Positions 1 through 8,190 of a DNA stretch of 8,328 nucleotides are shown here, piece after piece. The DNA lies in the NCBI GenBank assembly GCA_000388065.2, contig KB932204.1. One strand, given 5' to 3'. The notes beneath the pieces are model-generated. The model made no database searches and had not been told where the DNA came from. It saw nothing but the letters and a program-made list of their open reading frames with translations. A program made the translations under genes and the position numbers. Source of the stretch: Fonticula alba ATCC 38817. Taxonomy: Eukaryota > Protista > Nucleariida. The first letter of the stretch is position 1. The number at the start of each line of letters is the position of its first letter.

Positions 1-320
1 CACACAGCTTCCGGCCGATGCGCTGTGCGTGCTCACTGTGGACAATCTGGTCGAGGGCATCCACAGGGCGTCCGTTCAACAGGACCGACAGCAGAACCAG
101 CGGGGCCTTCTGGTATCCATCCGCCTCGTAGTCGAAAGTACAGTAGCCACTGGATACGGACTTGATGGTGTCATAGAAATCGGTCACAATCTCCGCCAGC
201 GGGAGACGGTATCGGAGGAGAACACGATCGGACTCGAGGAAGTTCATCTCCTGCTGCAATCCCCGGTGCTCCTGTTTCATGGCCCAGATGGATGGACAGG
301 ATCGCGTTTGTGCGCATGTG

Positions 321-351
<31 letters not shown>

Positions 352-2816
352 CGGAGATTGCACATGTGCATGTGTAAGACAACATCCTCGGCCGCGCGAT
401 AACAGGGAAGGGGAAGGACGCACCTCGCACGTGCGGACCACCGCGCCAAGGTATTGGATGGGGAAGATCATGGTTCCGGATACCATGGGCTCCTGGAACT
501 CGCGGACCTTGGTTGTATCCTTCGGGAACTCGTTCGGAGTGCGGATGTCCAGAACGGAACCGTCATTCATGGTGGCTGCCGGTGACCACGAAGCGGAGGT
601 GGCCGGAGAGGGTCAGATCGTCTGAAGGCACCATGAAGGGAAGAAGGGCTGCCAGGAAGGCGAGTGACGAGTGCGCACCCTTGTATGGCACCGTCGGGGC
701 GGTGATAATGACACTGGAGTCAATGGCCTGGGTGGACGGGGGAGGTGGAGGAGAGGATGACATGAACCGAGGGCAAGGGGTGAGTCCGGACGAAGGCAAG
801 AGGTGAGGAGAAAGGCGCTTTTATAAAAAAGGGGGGGGGGGAGCGGACCTCCTCCAGGCGCTGGCGGAAGACATCCATGTGGAGCAGCCCCAAAAACCCG
901 AGGCGCCAGCCCTGGCCGAGGGCATTGCTGGACTCCTTCTGCACGGAGACACTTGCATCATTGAGGGTCAGACGGTCGACGGCCTCCTGCAGGCGCTCCA
1001 GCTCGCTGGCATCGCCAGGGAAGACACCGGCGAAGAGCTGCCGACGCCCGGAACCAGCGACAGGGGGAGAGGAGGAAACAGCACGTCCATGTGTCAGGAG
1101 CACCGAGCAGACATCGACGCGAGCAACAAAAGCCATGAAAAAAGGGGGAGAAAGTCGCACCATGGACTTGGCCGGCTGGAAACCCGGAAGGACTTCGACC
1201 TCCTGGTCGAAGAGGTGGATAGTGTCGCCAATACGAGCGTCGCGGGCGGTCTTCATGTTACAGGTCATGTAGCCCACCTGCCCGGGGTAGCTGTGAGAGG
1301 AGAGGGGCGAGAGTGTGAGGGGGAGAAACAGAATCACGGGGCCCGTGGGAGGACACGCACAGCGCCTCGCAGGAAACCATCTCCGGGTACATAACGCCGA
1401 TGTCGGTGATCTCGTAGCGCTGCTGCGAGTGGGCCATCATGATGCGATCCCCTGTACACCAGAAAGGGAGATTAGAAAAAAACAGAACAGCGCGTCCCGT
1501 GGCCCCCGGCAACAGCGGGAGAGGGGGGGGGAGGGGGGCACAGGGGGCAATCGGCGCGGAGAAGAGCGGAGAGAGGAAGAGACATGGGGAGGAGATGGTC
1601 TCGCGGCGGGGGCAAACAAGAGACACATGCGCACCACGGCGGAGCGTCCCGTCGACGATCTTAATGAGACACACGACGCCACGGTACTCATCGTACCAGG
1701 AGTCGAAGAGCAGTGACCGGGGCGGGGCATCGGGATTGGTGACCGGCGGCGGGGTGTTCTCCACGAGGACCTTCAGAACTGACTCAATGCCGTAGCCGGT
1801 CTTGGCCGACACCCGGCAATGGGGGTCGCGCGGCAGACCGAAGTGATTCTCAATCTCGTCGAGGATGTCGTCGGGCCGAGCATCAGGAAGATCGATCTGG
1901 CAGGGAGCGACGGCACGTGGTCAGCTGCAGAGGGGGGGGCGAAGAGAGAGAGAGAGAGAGAGAAGAAGGGGGAGGGGGGGAAAGGAGGAAGGAAGCGGTA
2001 TTCCCGCCAAGCACGGATGAGCCCCGGGCAATGGCTGAGCCCCAGGACAAGCGCGCAAGGCAAGCGTACCTTGTTCAGCACAGGCACCACTGCCAGATCG
2101 TGCTGCAGAGCCAGCTGGAAGTTGGCAACCGTCTGCGCCTGAGACCCCTGATTGGCGTCCACCACCAGCAGGGCGCCCTGGCAGGCGGCCATCGACCGAG
2201 ACACCTCGTAGCTAAAATCCACATGACCCGGGGTGTCGATGAGATTCAACATGTAGAGCTCACCGGTGGACGGGTCGTCCGACCCCGGGGCCGGGACCCG
2301 GCAGAACATGGTGGCCGCCTGGGCCTTGACCGTGATGCCGCGCTCGCGCTCGACCTTCAGCTTATCCAGGACCTGGCGGTTGTCGGTGGTTCGGTGGACC
2401 GGGCTCGGGCCTTCATAGACCATGGGCTTGCCGTCGGCATCCAGGATGGAAGACATGAGCTGCGCCATGTGGGCCTCATTGCCGCCCCCGCGCCCGGATC
2501 CGGGCCGGATCGTGCCGGTGCGTTCGAGCAGCCGGTCGGCCAGGGTGCTCTTGCCGTGATCGATGTGCGCGATGATGCAGAAGTTGCGAATGCGCTCCGG
2601 CGGGATGGAAGCCAAGTCGACGGTGAGCTCCGGCCGGCCGCCACCGACTCCGGGCTGGTGCATGGCCATCTGACCGAAGATGCTCGGTGTTGAGGACTCA
2701 CCGGTATCGGTGCCAGGGACGCTGTAGAGACGGCGGCCGATGCCGTGCAGGGGGGCGACCGCCCGCAGCAGGCCAAAGGGGCGGAGGGAGACCGCCCGCG
2801 GGAGGGTATGAAGCAT
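1..2816 (-). CDS. GUF1: Mitochondrial translation factor GUF1 / LepA (EF-4), spliced, 3'-partial. Exons: 2816-2070, 1896-1635, 1451-1361, 1290-1161, 1037-849, 727-679, 575-424, 271-<1
   Basis: Translational GTPase motifs are present: [23 protein letters not shown] (G1), [11 protein letters not shown] (G2), [19 protein letters not shown] (G3), NK|ID across intron 1 (G4), VSAKTG (G5). LepA-specific segments follow: [65 protein letters not shown]. All 7 introns are GT..CAG and the phases join in frame (about 630 codons visible). The N-terminus [32 protein letters not shown] resembles a mitochondrial presequence. The start at 2816 is inferred. Confidence 0.96.
324..351 (+). repeat. (GA)14 microsatellite in GUF1 intron 7
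   Basis: Read directly from the sequence; it is (CT)n on the sense strand. Confidence 0.95.
1943..1962 (+). repeat. (AG)10 microsatellite in GUF1 intron 1
   Basis: Read directly from the sequence. Confidence 0.9.
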
Positions 2817-2905
2817 GGAGATGAGGAGAGGGGAGGGGGAGTCGAGCGACCGGGGGGGGGGGGAGACAGGGAGAGGATGGGAGAGGAGGCGAAGGGGGAA
2901 GAGGG

Positions 2906-2906
<1 letters not shown>

Positions 2907-2946
<40 letters not shown>
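2907..2946 (+). repeat. G40 homopolymer upstream of the GUF1 start
   Basis: Read directly from the sequence; the exact length may be unreliable. Confidence 0.9.
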
Positions 2947-2947
<1 letters not shown>

Positions 2948-3601
2948 ACGACCGCCGGGGAGGGAAACAGCGGCTGGAGAGAGAGCATGCCCCGATCTCG
3001 CCGCCCGGCGATGGGGCCACGATCTGCCGCATATACCCCCGTACCTGACTCGGCGCCAGACCGGCCAACCGACCGGCCACCGCGCGCATGCCAATGGTCC
3101 TCATCCCAGCACACAACCTAAGTTGTCGTTGTATCACGTGTTTGTATTCTCAAGGACATGGATTGAGGGCCCAACGGAGAAAGGCAGGGGGAGCCGCGGC
3201 GCGAAAGGGGCAGGGCGAGGGCCGCAGGGAGCCGCACAGGAGGGAAGGTGGCGCGACTGCGGGTGCCCTTCCTTTGGGGCTGGCTCCTCCCCTGCCCCGC
3301 GACCGTGTCCGGGCATTCTTGGCCCTCCGGGCCGTGCTGCGCCCTGCCCCTGCGTCCGTCCATCTCCAGGGGCTGCCTCTTTCGCTTGGCGGCGGCGGCG
3401 GCGGGCGCCATGCGTTGCGCATGCGTATGTGTGTATGTTGCCACTCCAGTCCGTCGCCTGGGCAGACCCCCTCTTTCCTCCTCCTCGCTCCTCCTTGCGC
3501 TCCAATGGTGACAGCATGAATCTCCGGATCGCTCCTCGGCGAACAAGAAGAGAAGGGGAAAGTAGGAGGAAGACCGAGGAAGGGAGCGAGAGGCGGAAGG
3601 T

Positions 3602-3640
3602 GGGAGGCGGGAGGCGGGAGGCGGGAGGCGGGAGGCGGGA
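3602..3640 (+). repeat. Heptamer tandem repeat (GGGAGGC)5 + GGGA
   Basis: Five exact copies plus a partial copy, starting about 10 nt past the ADAP stop codon. Confidence 0.95.
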
Positions 3641-3649
3641 CGTGCAGGC

Positions 3650-5315
3650 TCAACAGACGCCGAAGGTATCCTCCAGTGCGCGAACCCAAAGCCGGACGTC
3701 ATGACGCGACTCGGCCTCCAGGTAGTAAGTCCGCGGCTGGCCATCGGACTCCGGATGGGGGGTGTGGATGTTGAAGCGCCGACCGCCGCCGACCCCGACT
3801 TCCGAATGGTGGTAGTGATGAGCGCTGTGATGGGGATCCGTGGCCGAGAGCCCGACGCTTGATAGGGCCCCGGTGGCCGCGGCATGCGGGAGGGTCCGGT
3901 TATCCAGGTCGATCTGGTCATGATCCACGGAGAAGCCGCTGGCGGCGGTGCCCAGGGCAAAGCGCCCGAGGGGCTCGGCCGAGAGGGGCTCCTTGAAGTA
4001 CCACACCGTGGTCCGGTCCATGAGGAACCACCTCCGAAGGAAGCGGCTCTTCGGGCTGGGGCCGCGCTTCATGAGGAAGCCGTGGAGAACGAACTCCGTG
4101 TCGAGCTGGCGGTCCAGCTGCGTGCGTCCGGATGACGAGGGCCCGGAGGGGGGCGGGGGGGGGGGGGGGGGGGGNNNNNNNNNNGGAGAGGGAGAGAGAG
4201 AGAGAGAGAGAGGGGGGGACGAAGAACCCGAGAGGATTAGCCGGGCATACACCATGCGCAAATGGCAAAGGAAGAGAAAGAAGATGCAGGGGGGACGAAG
4301 GCGCACCTCCTCGTGGGTGGTGTTGGTCATGCGAACCCCCTGGGCCAGGGCCTTGCCCACACGCAGAGCATAATGCCACTCGACCAGCTCCCGCCCGGAA
4401 GCACAGTAGACGAAGATATTCCGGTCGGAGGAAGTGTCGAAGATCTGCAGGGCATATGGCTGCATGGTCGTCGGGGGCGATGGAGCAATGGCGGTGGCGA
4501 CAACGGGGGCTGCATCAGCAGCATCGCCGGCTGCCATGTCGCCCGTGCCCGAAATTGACATGGCCGAGGACATCGGTCGCGAGGCGGGCCCCGCGCCGGT
4601 GGCCGCAGCCCCGGTCCCTTCGGCCCCGGAGAGACCGAGATTCCCATGCGCATTGGACCCGACGTGGACGAAGGCCAGCTTGATCCGACGGTATTCAATG
4701 CGCAGGAGTTCCTTGGCTCCGGGCTGCGAGGCGGCGGCCTGGGCATGTGGGGGTTCCAGAAGTCGACCAGGAGGAGGCGCGTCAGGTGGGAGATCGGCAC
4801 AGACAACACACGGTGGGGAGAGCACGAGGAACCAGGAGCACGGGGAGGGACAGCGAGAGTGCACAAAGGAGAGCGCCAGGGGGAAGGGGAGGGGGACAGC
4901 ATACCGCCGACTCATAAACGTAGATGGCCTCGCGCAGGGCGATGTAGTGCGGGGTGAAGCGCGTGCCCGGTGACAGGGCGCTCGGGAGGAGGCGCGACGT
5001 GAGGGACGTGGCCCCACGCCGAACGAGCACCGGCCCGGCATAAATAGTCTGGCTGGGATCGAGCTTGCCAACCTCACCGAGGACCGGCAGGTGCACCGGA
5101 AGTGTCTGCTCCCAGGAGGGCGAGGAGGGCGAGGGGGGGACCGCCTCTTCCGACTCGCCGCCAGTGGGCGAACTGAAAAGCCGACGCTCGTACTTGGCCC
5201 GGATGAATTGCTCACGCACAATGTGCGGGTCGCCCGAGCGGAGCTGGTGCCAGGCGGCCGGGATCGCGGAGGCGTAGATGGAATTCACATGCGAGTTGCC
5301 CTTGGACTCCATGAA
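3650..5315 (-). CDS. ADAP1: ArfGAP with dual PH domains (ADAP1/2, centaurin-alpha-like), visible 3' exons: 5315-4905, 4738-4307, 4117-3650 (stop TGA 3652-3650)
   Basis: The ArfGAP C-terminal part reads FMESKGN...REQFIRAKYERRLF. PH1 ends RNIFVYCASGRELVEWHYALR. PH2 reads GFLMKRGP...FLRRWFLMDRTTVWYFKEP...RTYYLEAESRHDVRLWVRAL. This order matches the ADAP family. Phase-0 GT..CAG introns lie at 4904-4739 and 4306-4118, and a CAG acceptor at 5318-5316. The symbol denotes the family; ADAP1 versus ADAP2 cannot be resolved. Confidence 0.9.
4192..4211 (+). repeat. (GA)10 microsatellite in the last ADAP intron
   Basis: Read directly from the sequence, beside the 10-N gap. Confidence 0.9.
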
Positions 5316-5349
5316 CTGCGTGTGTCCGTTGGGGGGGGGGGGGGGGGGG

Positions 5350-5914
5350 NNNNNNNNNNNNNNNNNNNNNNNNNNNNNNNNNNNNNNNNNNNNNNNNNNN
5401 NNNNNNNNNNNNNNNNNNNNNNNNNNNNNNNNNNNNNNNNNNNNNNNNNNNNNNNNNNNNNNNNNNNNNNNNNNNNNNNNNNNNNNNNNNNNNNNNNNNN
5501 NNNNNNNNNNNNNNNNNNNNNNNNNNNNNNNNNNNNNNNNNNNNNNNNNNNNNNNNNNNNNNNNNNNNNNNNNNNNNNNNNNNNNNNNNNNNNNNNNNNN
5601 NNNNNNNNNNNNNNNNNNNNNNNNNNNNNNNNNNNNNNNNNNNNNNNNNNNNNNNNNNNNNNNNNNNNNNNNNNNNNNNNNNNNNNNNNNNNNNNNNNNN
5701 NNNNNNNNNNNNNNNNNNNNNNNNNNNNNNNNNNNNNNNNNNNNNNNNNNNNNNNNNNNNNNNNNNNNNNNNNNNNNNNNNNNNNNNNNNNNNNNNNNNN
5801 NNNNNNNNNNNNNNNNNNNNNNNNNNNNNNNNNNNNNNNNNNNNNNNNNNNNNNNNNNNNNNNNNNNNNNNNNNNNNNNNNNNNNNNNNNNNNNNNNNNN
5901 NNNNNNNNNNNNNN
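5350..5914. other. Assembly gap (565 N) probably containing the missing ArfGAP core exon(s)
   Basis: The N run is flanked by poly-G. The ArfGAP segment expected between CADC and FMESKGN is absent from the called bases. Confidence 0.7.
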
Positions 5915-6512
5915 GGGGGGGGGGGTGCGTGGGCCCCCCAGGGCCAAGATCCGAGCTCGAGAGCTGGGAAAAGGGCGCCGAACATGGGCCATCCCCATGC
6001 CCCGACCGGGAGAGCGCAGTCAGAGAAGCCAGGCGCGCCCCCTGGCGGCGCCCTCCCCCTCTTGGCGGAGAACACAAGGGCCCCCTGCCCACTGTCCTGG
6101 GCAGGCCTCGGACTTCGGTTGGCTGACGGCCGTTCTTCGCCCTCTCGGTTGCCGGTAAGGATAGAGGGGCCGAAGGGGCCGAGGGGCCTGTCTCCCCCGG
6201 GGTTCGTCCTTGTGGACCTGGGGGTCGGGAAAAATGGCCGAGAGAGTCCCCAGACGGGCAGGCAGCTCGCGGGGCGGGGGGCGGGGGGGGGGGCGTGCGT
6301 AAACACGCGCACACCAAGAAAACCCCCCCAAAAAAAAAAAAGCATCTGTGGCCATAGCAAAATGTCGGGGGGCCGTGCTTGTGCGGGACCCCCTCGTCCC
6401 GGGGTCAGGGCTAGCTAGGAAATTGCCGTATGAAGGGCACTGGCAGATACAACCCAATGGTCAGGCACGAAGGGGCCCCGCGAGAGCCTCCTCCTTTTCC
6501 TCCTCCTCCTCC

Positions 6513-6530
6513 GAGAGAGAGAGAGAGAGA
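6513..6530 (+). repeat. (GA)9 microsatellite
   Basis: Read directly from the sequence. Confidence 0.9.
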
Positions 6531-6713
6531 TGGGTCGACCTGGCCGCAGGGACAAAAAGGACACAAAGATAATGAGTCAAAGACATACATATTGCAGGGG
6601 CTCGCTGCCCATGGGTGTGCTGAAGGAGAGGGGCGCGAGCGAGGCACGGGGGGGGGGGGGGCACCACACATGCAGAAAAATAGAAGACACAATCCCCCGG
6701 AGAGAGAGTGGGC

Positions 6714-6717
6714 AAAA
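6714..6717 (-). terminator. Pol III oligo-T terminator downstream of the tRNA-like gene
   Basis: TTTT on the minus strand lies 8 nt after discriminator A73; a second T5 run is at 6680-6676. Confidence 0.55.
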
Positions 6718-6725
6718 GATTGTTT

Positions 6726-6799
6726 TGGGACCAGTGAGGCTCGAACTCACGACCTTGGGGTTATGAATCCCACGCTACTACCGACTGAGCTATGATGAT
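6726..6799 (-). tRNA. tRNA-Met(CAT), elongator-type, with atypical acceptor stem (possible pseudogene or editing substrate)
   Basis: Minus strand reads ATCATCA TA GCTC AGTCGGTA GTAGC G TGGGA TTCATAA CCCCA AGGTC GTGAG TTCGAGC CTCAC TGGTCCC A (74 nt). The T arm is perfect (GTGAG/CTCAC, TTCGA loop), the A box is TAGCTCAGTCGG, and the anticodon CAT is at 6765-6763. T54 argues against an initiator. Deviations: pairs 1-3 mismatched, one extra D-arm nucleotide, A31:C39. Confidence 0.78.
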
Positions 6800-6820
6800 G
6801 TGCCGCCCGTCTTTTGGGCA

Positions 6821-6826
6821 TTTATA
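6821..6826 (-). promoter_or_regulatory. TATA-like element upstream of the tRNA-like gene
   Basis: CATATAAAT on the minus strand puts TATAAA at -27 to -22 from tRNA position 1. It stands out in GC-rich context. Confidence 0.45.
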
Positions 6827-7800
6827 TGACTCCTGCTCGTGGGGTGCGCGCGGGCCGCATACACACCACACGCACGCACGACCAGACTTCGGTTGGCGTT
6901 CCGCCCGTTGCATGTTCGGGCAGCGGCTCTCCTCGGAGACCGAGGGGGAAGGGGGGGGGGCGGAAAGCTGGCGCAAACTGCGAAATGAAAAAGCAGGGGC
7001 CCTGACGTCTGGAGGTCCCCCCCCCCCGGGCTCCCCGGGCTCTCGGGGTCCTGGGAAGGGATCAACCGCCACGTTGCCGCGCGCGCGCGAGCACACACGC
7101 GTACTGCCACCTTACCGTGGACCGTCCCGGTTGGGGGGCGTCTGAAAATCGTCTCCACGGGGTCGGGCACTTCGCACTCATTGGAGCGGGGTTCCCGCGC
7201 CGCCCCGGGACCGCCGTAAACAAGGCTCAATGGTGGGCTGAGCCAGGCGGATGCGGGGGCGGGGGGGGGGGGGGGGGCCTGGAGGAGCGGATGGCCGAGA
7301 GGTCTTGGCCGGGCCCACGCCGCTCCGTTCGGGCCAGACGTGCTCCCGGCGTGGAGGACCCTGGCGGGAGAGCCACCGTCCTAAACCCTCTCCAGCCGGA
7401 AAGACGCACACCGGGCGGCACAGTCGGCTGCCCCCCTCCCCCGTGTCGGTCCGAGTCGACCCACAAATGAGGTCCGCCCCTCCGGCAGATATCTTCCGTC
7501 CTTCGGACATTTTCCGGAGCGTGCTGCGCGTGTCCCGGGGCCCCGACGCCCCCAGTCGGATGCCGGCCGTTTTTGAGGCAGTCGGACCGAAAAGCAGTCG
7601 CGCGGGAAGGGCAGTCGGGACGCCTCCGGCAGCCCCTCCACGAGGCGCCCGGCCCACGAGCTCCTTGAGGCGGTGGTTGCTTTGAGCCGCCGGATGACGA
7701 TAGTTCGCTCGGCGTCCTGGCCCACAGAGCGAGGGCGAGGCGCGGGGGGCGGGGGGGGGGGGGGGGGGGGGGGGGACGCACGCATTTAGCNNNNNNNNNN

Positions 7801-7873
7801 AATCGGCACAGGACCGATTGGGCGGCTCCTGAAGGAGTCGGCCAAGCCAAGCGGAGTGGCTGTTGCTGGCCAT
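7801..7873 (-). CDS. ADAP1: Probable first coding exon of the ADAP-like ArfGAP (truncated by the N gap)
   Basis: It translates as MASNSHSAWLGRLLQEPPNRSCAD plus T, matching the ArfGAP N-terminus pattern L..L...P.N..CADC. The second Cys codon is cut by the gap at 7800. Linkage to the 5315 exon is inferred across two gaps. Confidence 0.8.
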
Positions 7874-8182
7874 GGTCCAGGCAGCAAGGTCGGCAGGCGA
7901 AGTGGTCGAAGGGGCAGCCCGGACAGGAGCGGGCGGCGGAGGGAGAGCTACACGCAAATGGGAGGTGAAGGCAGGGGCGGGGCGATCGGTGGGAAGGGGG
8001 AGAAGGGCGATCGGGCAGGGGGGGGGGGGGGGGGGGGGGGATTCGGTACTCGGAAAGTGGGTAGCTCCGCCGGTATCGGATGGGCGGCGGAAAAATCCCA
8101 ACGACCACTGGTCGCCCACAACAACAAAAGCACCGCCACCAACAACAACAGGGACAATTCGAACGGAAAGGGGCCCAGCCCA

Positions 8183-8190
8183 CCAATCAG
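8183..8190 (+). promoter_or_regulatory. CCAAT box (NF-Y/HAP-type) upstream of the ADAP-like gene
   Basis: CACCAATCAG matches the CCAATCAG core, about 310 nt upstream of the ATG at 7873. This is a motif match only. Confidence 0.35.

Noticed and set aside
29-3704. Long plus-strand ORFs (e.g. 29-625, 879-1394, 1917-2693, 2745-3704)
   Set aside because: They are antisense shadows of GUF1 exons or translations of GA/G runs in GC-rich DNA, with no recognisable domain.
4782-6360. ORFs of 237-511 aa spanning the 565-N gap
   Set aside because: Their length comes from N codons; only 5315-4905 is supported as coding.
6540-6588. Possible 49-nt minus-strand intron (GTATGT..CAG) in a small ORF MGSEPLQY|VDP...
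   Set aside because: It is shorter than any secure intron here, and the joined product is low-complexity with no recognisable homology.
6240-6603. RNase MRP-like P4 halves (GAGAGTCCCCAG near 6243 and GGGGCTC near 6597)
   Set aside because: The matches are imperfect, and the intervening sequence is low-complexity (G runs, A12, GA repeat) with an internal TTTT that would stop Pol III.
6792-6798. Box C-like ATGATGA on the plus strand
   Set aside because: It overlaps the tRNA 5' end on the opposite strand. The next CTGA is about 200 nt away, with no terminal stem or evident rRNA guide.
7380-7389. CCTAAACCCT telomere/telo-box-like motif
   Set aside because: A single 10-nt occurrence is compatible with chance.
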